A stretch of DNA of 37,409 bases from NCBI GenBank assembly GCA_016235455.1, contig JACRKZ010000040.1, forward strand, positions 1-37,409, in the 5' to 3' direction. Positions within the stretch are counted from its first letter, which is position 1; each line of letters opens with the position of its first letter. A program made the position numbers and the translations under genes. Of the stretch, positions 10,009 to 22,500 are shown piece by piece. The notes beneath the pieces are model-generated. The model was not told where the DNA came from. It was given only the letters and a program-made list of their open reading frames with translations, and ran no database searches. The DNA comes from Armatimonadota bacterium. GTDB lineage: Bacteria > Armatimonadota > UBA10988.

Positions 10009-10794
10009 TCAGAAGGCCGGGCCCAGCTGGCGCGGCAGCCGCAGCGGCTGGGTGCGGGCCAGCTTGGGCGACAGGTTGCAGCCGAAGCCCAGCACCGGGC
10101 GCAGGCTGTTGGCACCGGGGTCGACCTTGTTCGAGGGCAGCCACAGGTCCAGAGTCGGGCCGAAGCTGACGCCGGGCGCGGCCGAGTACCACAGAGCGCC
10201 GCGCACATGGCCGTCACGCCAGCCGTGCACGCCCTGGCCGAACTGCAGGCCCACCGAGCCGGTCAGGTCGAGGCTGAACTTGCTGGTCAGCTTCTGCTCG
10301 CGGGCCGCGGAGAAGCGCAGGTACGAGCCCGGCCGCTCATTGAAGTCATGGAGCAGGTCGATGGTCGGGGCGAACGGCAGGTCGAAGACCGTGCGCAAGT
10401 ACCACTCCTGGGTGCTGCGCCCGCCGGTGTTGTCACCGGCGTAGAGGATGCGGTCCAGGTCACCACTGGGCGAGTAGTAGCTGATACCGCCTTCGATGGC
10501 GGCCAGCGAGCCGATGAGCGGCGGCCGGTAGCGCACGCCGGCGCGGTAGATGCCCTCGGCCAACGCCACGCCGCGCTCGAGCTGCACGTACTGCTGGATA
10601 TCGCCCACGAGGCTGAGCCGCTTGCCCAGCCGGTAATCGATGGTCACGTCGCCTATGATGCCAAACGGCCCTCGCTTGGCGCCGCGGAACACGTAGCTCG
10701 AGTCCACCTGCGCGCCAAACGACACCGCCAGATCGCCGGCCTGAGCCGCGCTCAGCGCCAGCCCGGCAGCCAGCACCACCCGCCACATCCGCAT
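10009..10794 (-). CDS. Putative outer-membrane beta-barrel protein (TorF/TIGR02001-like)
   Basis: Signal peptide; 'VDSSYVFRG' resembles the S-x-Y-x-F-R-G start of TorF-family barrels; alternating aromatic/Gly beta-strand pattern. Confidence 0.55.
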   Translation of the reverse strand: MRMWRVVLAAGLALSAAQAGDLAVSFGAQVDSSYVFRGAKRGPFGIIGDVTIDYRLGKRLSLVGDIQQYVQLERGVALAEGIYRAGVRYRPPLIGSLAAIEGGISYYSPSGDLDRILYAGDNTGGRSTQEWYLRTVFDLPFAPTIDLLHDFNERPGSYLRFSAAREQKLTSKFSLDLTGSVGLQFGQGVHGWRDGHVRGALWYSAAPGVSFGPTLDLWLPSNKVDPGANSLRPVLGFGCNLSPKLARTQPLRLPRQLGPAF

Positions 10795-10906
10795 GGTTCA
10801 CTCCTCACTCCACCCATTGGACAACGCGCAGCGCGCGATGATTCACAAACGCGCGGATGAACCTACGCCGGCTCGCCAACGTCCAACGGTCCACGTGAGG
10901 TGAGCT

Positions 10907-13873
10907 GTGAGACTCCATCGTCTGGCGCTGGTCGTTACGCTGCTGTGCTTGACGGCCGCGGTGCAGGCCACCGCCGGCCCCGGCCGCGTCGCCATCGGCG
11001 GCGTGTTCCCCACGGGCTACGTGGGCACCTTGGCCCGCTACGGTCTGCCGCGCGACGTGCTGTTCGACGCGCAGATGACCGATTCGGCGGTGCTGTCGCG
11101 CTATCAGGTGATCATCGTCGCCGGCATGCCCGACGACGCCGCCGCGCTCCGGGCGCTGGAGAACTACCTGGCCAAGGGCGGCCGCGTCCTGCTCGACCTG
11201 AGTTCGCAGCGCATGGCCATCCCAGGCGTGATGGCCCCCGAGCGGGGTGGCGGCGGCTGGTTCGGCGCACCTCAGCTCAACACCACCGTCGGCATGTCCC
11301 GCTCACCCATGCGTGCCGTGGCCAACAGCCCGCTGGCGCCGGACCTGCTGGCGCAAGCCGCCGTGGCCACCGGTGACGACCCGCGCAGCAAGATCCGCCC
11401 CGGCGGCGTGCCCGACCAGAAGCTGCTGACCAACCCCGTCGTGCTGGCCGAGTACACGGCCACCATCAGCCGGCCGGCCCCAGGCGAGCGCCCGCTGGAT
11501 CCGCGCGAACGCCTGCGCGGCGCCCTGAACGACAACGGGCCAGCGGCCCCGGCCGTGGTCATGGGCACGCGCGGCGCCGGCCGCGTGGTCCTGTGCGGCC
11601 CGATGATCGGGATGGCCAGCTCGCTCATGGGCGCCGACTACGACGCCCTGGTGCTGGGCATGTTGCGCGTCATCAGCGATGGCCGCTGCGTGCCGCAACT
11701 CGATCCCGAAGGCCCGCGCCTGGGCCGCAAGGAGAGCCTGCGCAGCCAGGGCGAGACTGACACCGAGGTGCCGGACGCTCCCCAGGCCGACAGCGGCCGC
11801 CCGGACGGACCCGGCCAGCGCTCCGCGCTGCCGGCCGGCGTCGCCGAACTGGCCGCCGACCAGCCCGATGAGTACAACGTCACCGGCAAGCTCGGGGCCT
11901 CGCCCAGCGAACTGCTGCTGCACTACTGGAACGCGTCGAACCTGGTCAAGGTGACCGTCAGCGCCAACTCGGCGCAGATCACCCGCATCTCCGGCGGCAG
12001 CGCCAAGGTGCTGGAAGACGCACGGCTCGGTCTGGCGCCGGGCACCCCGTTCACGGTGAAGATGCGCGTGGACAAGCTGCTGCTGACCGCGGGCACCACC
12101 TACCTGTCGGCCGACCTGACCGGCGTCCACCGGGGCAGCATGGGCGCCCGCGGCTTCCAGCCGCCGGCCGAGCTCCAGCAGGTGGAATCGGTCTACTTCG
12201 CCGACGACTTCATGCGCACCAACGACTCCCAGGGCGGCTGGGAGACCCTCGGCGGCACCTGGCAGACCGCGCCGGTGCAGAACCCCGATATGGGTGCCAA
12301 TCCGTTCTCCTACAAAGTCGATACCCCCGCAGGCCCGGCTGTGGCGCTGCAGGGCAGCGCCACCTGGGATGAGTACAAGTACACCTGCGCTGTGCGCCCC
12401 ACCGCCGCGGGCGGCCAGGTCGGGCTCGGCTGGTACGCCCGCGATGCCAAGAACATGTACCTGTTCCGGGCCGCCGTGCGCACCGATGAGAAGCCCGTCA
12501 CCAAGGGTCTGGCGCTGGTCAAGCTGGTCGACGGCAAGGAGACGGTGCTGGCCGAATCCGACGGCGGGTTCGCCAATGGCCAGTGGTACCGCGTCATGGT
12601 CAAGGCCGAAGGGCCGTGGCTGGGCGTCTTCGTGGACGGCCAGAAGGTGTTCGGCGCCAAGGACACGACGTTCGACAGCGGCAAGGTCGCGCTCGGCGCC
12701 GACCACACGTCGGCCCGCTTCGACGATGTCGAGGTGGAATCGGTGGTCATCGCCGCCCAGCAGGGCCAGGAACTGCGCGGTAAGGTGCCTGACTTCGCCG
12801 GCATCATCGATGTCGATTCCTGGGCTGGTCCGGCCACAGTGTGGGAGCCCGATCCCGACACCGGCGGGTTGTTCTGGCGCCGCAACGCGTTCTTTGGCGA
12901 CGTGAACCTGCGCTACGACATCGCCAAGCTGCCCGATGGCGGCGCGGCCACGCTGATCGTCGATGGCGACGGCAGGAGCCTCAACTCCGGTCTGTCACTG
13001 GACATCAAGCGCACCGGCAAGTCCGCCCAGGTGGAACTGCGTCGCGCCGGCCAGTCGCTGGGTTCGGCCACCACCGCGGTGGGTGACACCACGGCCATCG
13101 AGATCGAGCGCAAGGGCTCGCGCGTGGTCGGCCTGGTGGAGGGCAAGGCGCTGATCAGCGGCGATGCGGGCAACACCGGCAGCGGCCGCCTGGCCTTCCG
13201 GGCCGAAGGCTACAAGCCGCGCGTCTCGGGCCTGACGCTGTGGTCGCAGAACCTGCGCGACTACACCTTCGACTCCGCGCCCGTGGACTGGTGGGTCGGC
13301 AGCGGCGACTGGGACGTCACCAACCGCTGGAGCTGCACACCCGACTGGTCGTGGTTCGGCGGCGTCAGCAAGGCTACCGGCGACCAGACGGCCTGCATCT
13401 GGAACAAGCAGGAGTACGCGGGCGATGTGGTGGTCGACTACTACGCCGGCCCCAAGATGCTCGGCGGCCCCAATGTGCGCGACTTCTTCGGCCAGCAGAA
13501 GACCAAGGAACGCAATGGCGACCTCAACTGTGTCATCTGCGGCGACGGCCTGAACGCCAAGAGCGGCTACAGCTTCATCGTCTGCCCCGAGGGCGGCGGC
13601 GCGAGCATCCTGCGACAGGGCGTGGCCGTGGCCAGCAACCCGAACTTCAGGCTGTTCACGCGCGCCCACAACCGCTGGGCCAACATGCGCGCCGAGCGCC
13701 ATGGCGCCACGGTGCAACTCTTTGTCGACGGCCAGGTGGTGGTGCAGTACACCGATGCCAATCCGCTGCCGGGCGGCTATGTCGGCGTGTGGACGCAAGA
13801 CAACGGCATCATGGTGCCGCGCGTGACCATCGCCTTCGAGAAGCTGGGCCAGTCGCTGCTGTCCCTGCGCTAG
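10907..13873 (+). CDS. Large secreted protein: N-terminal GATase-like alpha/beta domain plus several ConA-like (DUF1080/LamG-type) beta-sandwich domains
   Basis: Signal peptide; 'YQVIIVAG...LENYLAKGGRVLL'; repeated 'FADDF...W...G.W', 'WYRVMVKAEG...VFVDGQKV...D.TF.SGKVAL' and 'LFVDGQVV..YTD..PL.GGYVGVW' segments. Confidence 0.7.
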   Translation: MRLHRLALVVTLLCLTAAVQATAGPGRVAIGGVFPTGYVGTLARYGLPRDVLFDAQMTDSAVLSRYQVIIVAGMPDDAAALRALENYLAKGGRVLLDLSSQRMAIPGVMAPERGGGGWFGAPQLNTTVGMSRSPMRAVANSPLAPDLLAQAAVATGDDPRSKIRPGGVPDQKLLTNPVVLAEYTATISRPAPGERPLDPRERLRGALNDNGPAAPAVVMGTRGAGRVVLCGPMIGMASSLMGADYDALVLGMLRVISDGRCVPQLDPEGPRLGRKESLRSQGETDTEVPDAPQADSGRPDGPGQRSALPAGVAELAADQPDEYNVTGKLGASPSELLLHYWNASNLVKVTVSANSAQITRISGGSAKVLEDARLGLAPGTPFTVKMRVDKLLLTAGTTYLSADLTGVHRGSMGARGFQPPAELQQVESVYFADDFMRTNDSQGGWETLGGTWQTAPVQNPDMGANPFSYKVDTPAGPAVALQGSATWDEYKYTCAVRPTAAGGQVGLGWYARDAKNMYLFRAAVRTDEKPVTKGLALVKLVDGKETVLAESDGGFANGQWYRVMVKAEGPWLGVFVDGQKVFGAKDTTFDSGKVALGADHTSARFDDVEVESVVIAAQQGQELRGKVPDFAGIIDVDSWAGPATVWEPDPDTGGLFWRRNAFFGDVNLRYDIAKLPDGGAATLIVDGDGRSLNSGLSLDIKRTGKSAQVELRRAGQSLGSATTAVGDTTAIEIERKGSRVVGLVEGKALISGDAGNTGSGRLAFRAEGYKPRVSGLTLWSQNLRDYTFDSAPVDWWVGSGDWDVTNRWSCTPDWSWFGGVSKATGDQTACIWNKQEYAGDVVVDYYAGPKMLGGPNVRDFFGQQKTKERNGDLNCVICGDGLNAKSGYSFIVCPEGGGASILRQGVAVASNPNFRLFTRAHNRWANMRAERHGATVQLFVDGQVVVQYTDANPLPGGYVGVWTQDNGIMVPRVTIAFEKLGQSLLSLR

Positions 13874-13880
13874 ATCACAG

Positions 13881-13989
13881 ACAGAGGGCCGAAGGCCCGG
13901 CGTCATATCAGCCTGGGGCAACGTCCCAGGTTGGCGCCATAGCCCAGGGCGATGCCCTGGGCTATGGCGCCAGGCCTTTGGCCCTCTGT
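13881..13989. repeat. Nested palindromic REP-like element between convergent genes
   Basis: Outer arms ACAGAGGGCCGAAGGCC / GGCCTTTGGCCCTCTGT enclose hairpin CCTGGGGC-AAC-GTCCCAGG and a perfect 19-bp stem (13932-13972). Confidence 0.8.
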
Positions 13990-13999
13990 TGATTGCGGC

Positions 14000-14470
14000 T
14001 CAGTCGAGCCAGCGCCTCACGGCGACGATCTCCCAGCCTTCGGCCGTCGGCGCCGCGACCACGTCGAGTCGTGAACCGACGGCCAGCGCGTGGTCGGTGG
14101 CGTGGAAGGCGGGCAGCCTGAGGCTGGGGCCTTGGGTCGTGCGCAGTTCGATGCCATCGTCGCCCATGGCCGCGACCTCGGCCTGCAGTCCGTGCCAGGC
14201 GAGGATCTTGCAGAGCTTGGCGCCGCGACAGCCGAACAGGTCGGCCTCCTCCACCAGCAGACGCGCGTGGATGCGCGCACCGTCGGTCAGGCCCAGTCGC
14301 CGCACCAGGTCGCTGGACACCTCGGCCACATCGCCGATATCGCTGCAGTAAAGGGCGGTGCCGTCTTCCAGGACATTGAGTGTGCCCAGCCCTCCATAGA
14401 TGCGGGGCGGTGACTCAGTCACCGCCGGGCCGGCCCCCGCGGGAGCCGGCCTAGGATTCACGGACAGCAT
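14000..14470 (-). CDS. Hypothetical protein with possible Rho RNA-binding-like OB fold(s)
   Basis: GGAGG before ATG 14470; segment GTLNVLEDG...VSSDLVRRLGLTDGARI aligns by eye with the Rho N-terminal OB domain. Confidence 0.55.
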   Translation of the reverse strand: MLSVNPRPAPAGAGPAVTESPPRIYGGLGTLNVLEDGTALYCSDIGDVAEVSSDLVRRLGLTDGARIHARLLVEEADLFGCRGAKLCKILAWHGLQAEVAAMGDDGIELRTTQGPSLRLPAFHATDHALAVGSRLDVVAAPTAEGWEIVAVRRWLD

Positions 14471-14571
14471 GATGAGGATACCTCCGCGGGTCGCGGCACA
14501 GGATGAAATGCGACCCACTACTCTTTTATGTGGACCCTTCGGAGGCGTGCGGTGTTACAGCGGTCTGAACG

Positions 14572-15732
14572 TCAGGCGCCTTCGCTCTGGCGCCGATGCC
14601 AATCGTCGTCCCACAGGTTGAAGTCGCGCTCGACGAATGGGTGCTCGGCGATGGCCTCCTCGTTGAGCTCGACGCCCAGGCCGGGACCCGACGGCAGGCT
14701 GAAGCAGCCGTCGGCGGGATCGACCTGCGGCAGGCCCGTGGCCACCGTGCCGACCCACGAGTCGACGAAGTCGTTGAAGTACTCCTGGATCTTGAAGTTG
14801 GGCAACGTGGCATCGAGATGCAGGCAGGCGGCGGTGGAGACGGGGCCGCCGACGTTGTGCGGCGCCACCATCATGTAGCGCACCTCGGCCATGGCGGCCA
14901 GCTTCTTGCCCTCCAGCAGGCCGCAGGTGTTGGTGATGTCGGGCTGGATGATGTCGCAGGCCTGCTCCTCGAACAGCTCGCGGAACTCCCACTTGTTGAC
15001 CAGCCGCTCACCCGTGGCCACCGGCAGGTTGATCTTCTCGCTGGCCTTCTTCAGGGCCTTGAGGTTGTCCGGCGGAACCGGCTCCTCCACCCAACTCGGC
15101 TCGAACGGCTCCAGGTCGCGCGCGATGGCGATGGCCTGGTGCGGCGAGAAGCGGCCGTGCATCTCGATGAGGATCTCCACCTCCGGCCCGACGGCATCGC
15201 GCACGGCGGCGACGATGTCCAGGGCGAGGACTTTCTCCCGGCGCTCCAGCTCATACCAGCCGGCGCCAAACGGATCGAGCTTGAGGCCGCGATAGCCGCG
15301 CGCGACCACCCGCTTGGCGGCGGCGTGGAAGTCGTCGGGCCGGCGCTCAACGGTGTACCAGCCGTTGGCATAGGCCTTAATGCGCTCGCGCATGGGTCCG
15401 CCGAGCAGGTTGTAGACCGGCTGCCCGCAGGCCTTGCCGATGATGTCCCAGCAGGCGATCTCGATCAGGCCGATGCCGCAGCTGGCCACCACGCCTGCGC
15501 GCACGAAGTCGTCGCGGAACATGCGGCTGACCATGGCCTCGATGGCAAACGGGTCCTCGCCGAGGATGTGCCGCTTCTTGGCCGAGTTCAGGTAGGCCAG
15601 CAGGTCGGCGGTGCGGTTGGGCAGCCGGCACTCGCCGATGCCCACAAGGCCTTCGTCGGTGTGGACCTTGACGAACGTCAGGTCACGCCACGGCGTGCTC
15701 AGGGCCAGGGTTTGTACGTCGGTGATCTTCAT
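14572..15732 (-). CDS. Mandelate racemase/muconate-lactonizing enzyme family protein (galactonate-dehydratase-like)
   Basis: 'VKVHTDEGLVGIGE', 'IEIACWDIIGKACGQPVYNLLGG', 'YANGW', KxD, 'EMHGRF', 'EEP', 'ATGER', 'QPD', 'APHN'. Confidence 0.92.
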   Translation of the reverse strand: MKITDVQTLALSTPWRDLTFVKVHTDEGLVGIGECRLPNRTADLLAYLNSAKKRHILGEDPFAIEAMVSRMFRDDFVRAGVVASCGIGLIEIACWDIIGKACGQPVYNLLGGPMRERIKAYANGWYTVERRPDDFHAAAKRVVARGYRGLKLDPFGAGWYELERREKVLALDIVAAVRDAVGPEVEILIEMHGRFSPHQAIAIARDLEPFEPSWVEEPVPPDNLKALKKASEKINLPVATGERLVNKWEFRELFEEQACDIIQPDITNTCGLLEGKKLAAMAEVRYMMVAPHNVGGPVSTAACLHLDATLPNFKIQEYFNDFVDSWVGTVATGLPQVDPADGCFSLPSGPGLGVELNEEAIAEHPFVERDFNLWDDDWHRRQSEGA

Positions 15733-15757
15733 CGCGGGCCAACCTCGTCACAGCGGG

Positions 15758-15786
15758 ATTGTGCCCCTCCCGCGACGCAAGGTCAA
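15758..15786 (-). promoter_or_regulatory. Candidate sigma70 promoter for the dehydratase gene
   Basis: TTGACC-N17-CACAAT on the minus strand, about 25 nt before the ATG at 15732. Confidence 0.5.
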
Positions 15787-16412
15787 CCCGCTGGGTCAGG
15801 AGCCGGCAGGTCTACCGCCGCCGACAGCCCGCCGCAGGCATACACCTGCACGCGCCGCGCGTCTTTGGCCGCCAGGAACCGCACGCGCAGCCGCTGCTCA
15901 CCGGTTAGCAGGCCGTGCGCCAGCGGCACATACCGCGCGCCGTCCCAGACCTCGACCTGGCGCACCGCCAGTTGGATCTCGGCGACCACGCTGGCGCCGG
16001 AGCCACGCCGCCAACTGCGCAACGCGGCCCACTCCGCATCAGGATCGTCGATCTCGCGCCAGATGGCGAGTTCAGCCGGCTCCCACTCGACCGGGACATC
16101 GCTCTGCCGCCGCGGGGTGACCGTCACCTCCACCGAGTACGCCACCTCACCCTCGTCCAGCGATGGCTGGTCGCCACAGCGTTTGACGTCATGCACCAAC
16201 ATGCCGCAGTCCTTGGCGCCGCCAAGGCGAGCCGCAACGATGCGTGCGCCGGTCGCGCCAAGCCAGATCATCCGAGTCTGCGCCACCATGTACGCGGCAA
16301 AGGCCAGCAGCAATAGCGCGCCCCACCACGGCAGATGCGCGAGGGCGATGGCCAGGACAATGAGCAGCACCAGCAGCAAGCCGATGGCGACGTAGTAGCC
16401 GAGGGTCTTCAT
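15783..16412 (-). CDS. Hypothetical membrane-anchored protein, tandem paralog 3
   Basis: N-terminal TM pair with LPWWG; C-terminal 'VTVTP...WEPAEL...PLAHGLLTGEQRLRVRF' shared with its neighbours. Confidence 0.75.
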   Translation of the reverse strand: MKTLGYYVAIGLLLVLLIVLAIALAHLPWWGALLLLAFAAYMVAQTRMIWLGATGARIVAARLGGAKDCGMLVHDVKRCGDQPSLDEGEVAYSVEVTVTPRRQSDVPVEWEPAELAIWREIDDPDAEWAALRSWRRGSGASVVAEIQLAVRQVEVWDGARYVPLAHGLLTGEQRLRVRFLAAKDARRVQVYACGGLSAAVDLPAPDPAG

Positions 16413-16436
16413 CTTGTGTCCCCGCCCCGACAAGCG

Positions 16437-17042
16437 TTACGCCGCCGGCAAGTCCACCGGCACCGAGATGCCCCAGCCCACCTGCACCCGCACCTGCCGC
16501 ACCTCCGACGGCGCGACGAACTTGACGCGCAGACGCTGCTCACCAGTCAGCAGGCCATGAGCCAGGGGCATGAACTGCCCGTCCTCGAGCACCTGCATGC
16601 GCACCACGGCCACAGTGTCCGACACGGGCAAGGTGCAAGCGCGGCACGACCGTCGCCCACGCGGCTGGGGAGGCTGCACGGTGGCCGGCGCAGGCAGGAA
16701 CCGCAGCTCCGACGGCGCCCATTGCGTCGGCCGTTCGCCCAGTTGCCTGGGCGTCACCGTGAGCTCGATCCAGAAGACCGCGCCGTCGCCGGGCTCGACG
16801 TCGGTGCAACGCTCGACGCCGTGGACAAGCAGCCCGGTGCCCAGGCAGAAGCCCATCTGCTCGCTCATGCTGGCCACAGACGCCACGCCAAACGCCACCG
16901 GCGCCACCTGCCCGATGGTCCAGGCGGCCAGCGCCACCAGCAGCAACGCGCCCCACCACGGCAGGTGCGCGATGGCGACCGCCAGCACGATCAGCAGCAC
17001 CAACAACAGGCCGGCGCCGACACAGTAGATGAGGGCCTTCAT
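16437..17042 (-). CDS. Hypothetical membrane-anchored protein, tandem paralog 2
   Basis: LPWWG TM pair; 'LTVTP...WAPSEL...PLAHGLLTGEQRLRVKF'; GGGAG RBS. Confidence 0.75.
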   Translation of the reverse strand: MKALIYCVGAGLLLVLLIVLAVAIAHLPWWGALLLVALAAWTIGQVAPVAFGVASVASMSEQMGFCLGTGLLVHGVERCTDVEPGDGAVFWIELTVTPRQLGERPTQWAPSELRFLPAPATVQPPQPRGRRSCRACTLPVSDTVAVVRMQVLEDGQFMPLAHGLLTGEQRLRVKFVAPSEVRQVRVQVGWGISVPVDLPAA

Positions 17043-17095
17043 GGGCTCAGCTCCCCTTGGTCCAATCGCGCGCCGGCGCCGCGGAGTTCGGCCGT

Positions 17096-17719
17096 TCAGC
17101 CAGCGTCGACCATCCCTGGGAAGCGCACCTCGCCCAGGAACTCCAGGTAGTAGCGCAGCTTGGCCAGCGTGGCCTCGGGCTTGATGGCGGCCAGGAGCCT
17201 GACGCGCTGCGGGCCTTCATACTTGCCCTCCTCGTCCGGCCCGAAGGCGCCGTTCGACCAGACCAGCACCTCATGCACTTGGCCCACGTCCTCAGGCCCT
17301 TCGTCGTCGCGCATCGAGGGTGGCTTGGCATCGGGATGCGCCAGCGACAGGTCGCCCGGCTCCCAGTGCGTGAACCTGGCGCCTTGGGCCAGATGGGGCG
17401 TGATGGTCAGATCCAGCCAGTACCAGGCCAGGGGCTCGGCCGGCGTGACCGGTTCGTCATCGTCCTCGGGTTCGTCGACGCCGGTCGGTGCCACCGTCGC
17501 TTCGACCGCGTTCACCAGCAGGTCGGCTCCGCGCAGCGCGGCGCTCTTCATGCGGATGGGCGCGAGAATGAGGCGCGCGAAAAGCAGCGCGCCGACCGGC
17601 TTGGCCAGCAGGACGAGTGTTGCGATAAGCAGCAGACTGCCCCACCACGGCAGGTAGACGATGGCCGCGGCCAGGGCCAACAGCACCAGCAGCACCACTC
17701 CGACCAGGACTCGACACAT
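17096..17719 (-). CDS. Hypothetical membrane-anchored protein, tandem paralog 1
   Basis: LPWWG TM pair; 'LTITP...WEPGDL...GPQRVRLL'; GGAG RBS before ATG 17719. Confidence 0.75.
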   Translation of the reverse strand: MCRVLVGVVLLVLLALAAAIVYLPWWGSLLLIATLVLLAKPVGALLFARLILAPIRMKSAALRGADLLVNAVEATVAPTGVDEPEDDDEPVTPAEPLAWYWLDLTITPHLAQGARFTHWEPGDLSLAHPDAKPPSMRDDEGPEDVGQVHEVLVWSNGAFGPDEEGKYEGPQRVRLLAAIKPEATLAKLRYYLEFLGEVRFPGMVDAG

Positions 17720-17805
17720 GTCTGCTCTCCACATGTGGGTTGTGGCACGCGCCACGTGGCAAGTCAAGTGGTGTGGGCCGCCGCGCGGGCCGGGTGGCAC
17801 GGCCC

Positions 17806-17846
17806 AAACGACGAAGCCGGCCGCCCACGGGGAGCGACCGGCTTCG
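17806..17846 (-). terminator. Probable terminator hairpin after the PFOR/DHOD-like operon
   Basis: Stem CGAAGCCGG...CCGGCTTCG (17812-17846) followed on the minus strand by TCGTTT, about 20 nt after the stop codon. Confidence 0.55.
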
Positions 17847-17868
17847 ACAGGTTAGCGACAGAGGACGA

Positions 17869-18864
17869 CTAGTGTCGCCAGCTCCGCAGCACGTGGGCGT
17901 AGTTGGCGCGCTCGTAGGCATCGCCATCGGGGCAGCGCAGGAGGCTCATGCTGCCCTGCATCTGCGCCAGCGACTCGTACTCGTGCGCTTCCAGCCACTC
18001 ACTCACGCCGCTGATGATGCTCTTGAGCGTGTCGGGACCGTTCTGCAGCAGGGCCGAGACCATCTGCACCGCGTGGGCGCCGCACATGATCGCCTTGACG
18101 GCGTCGAGCACGGTGTGCACGCCACCGGTCACGGCCAGGCTGGCCTTGACGCGGCCGCTGAGCACGGCCAGCCAGCGCAGGCGGAGCAGCAGTTCGCTGC
18201 TGTCGCTGAGCCGCAGGCTGCGCACCACTTCCAGCTCCTCGACATCGATGTCGGGCTGGTAGAAGCGGTTGAACAGCACGAGGCCGTCGACGCCGGCCTC
18301 GTCCAGGTCCTTGGCCGTGTTGGCCACGCTGGTGTAGAACGGCGAGAGCTTGACCGCCACGGGGATCTTCACGCCGGCCTTGACCGCCGCCAGCATCTCC
18401 ATGGTTTCGTTGCGGATGCTCAGGCCGGTGACGTCGAGGTCGGTGGCCAGGTAGTAGACGTTGAGCTCCAGCGCGTCGGCGCCGGCGTTCTCCATCAGCT
18501 TGGCATAGTCGAGCCAACCGCCCTTGGACTTGCCGTTGAGCGAGGCGATGACCGGCACGTTGACCGCGGCCTTGACCTTGGCGATGTGCTCCAGGTACTC
18601 CTCGGGCCCGAGGCGGAACAGTTCCATGCCGCTGGGGAAGAAGCTCAGCGACTCGGCGTTGGTGTTGGTGTGACCCTCGACGGCCGCCAGAGTGGCCAAC
18701 TGCTCGGCCACGATCTGCTCCTCGAACAGCGAGTGCAGCACGATCGCGCTGGCGCCCGCGTCCTCCAGCTTGCGCACCGTGTCCAGCTCCTCGGACATCA
18801 TCGAGGCGCCGGGCATGAACGGGTGGGCCAGCTCACATCCCAGGTATGTGGTCTTGAGATCCAT
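17869..18864 (-). CDS. Dihydroorotate dehydrogenase-like flavoprotein (PFOR-associated type)
   Basis: 'MDLKTTYLG', 'SLFEEQI', 'PVIASLNG', 'PVAVKLSPF', 'VLFNRFYQPDID', 'TGGVH'; immediately downstream of PFOR. Confidence 0.9.
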   Translation of the reverse strand: MDLKTTYLGCELAHPFMPGASMMSEELDTVRKLEDAGASAIVLHSLFEEQIVAEQLATLAAVEGHTNTNAESLSFFPSGMELFRLGPEEYLEHIAKVKAAVNVPVIASLNGKSKGGWLDYAKLMENAGADALELNVYYLATDLDVTGLSIRNETMEMLAAVKAGVKIPVAVKLSPFYTSVANTAKDLDEAGVDGLVLFNRFYQPDIDVEELEVVRSLRLSDSSELLLRLRWLAVLSGRVKASLAVTGGVHTVLDAVKAIMCGAHAVQMVSALLQNGPDTLKSIISGVSEWLEAHEYESLAQMQGSMSLLRCPDGDAYERANYAHVLRSWRH

Positions 18865-18912
18865 CGTTTCAGACTCCCTTCGCGAGGGCGCCTTGCGGCG
18901 CCCTCACGCGGC

Positions 18913-22500
<3,588 letters not shown>

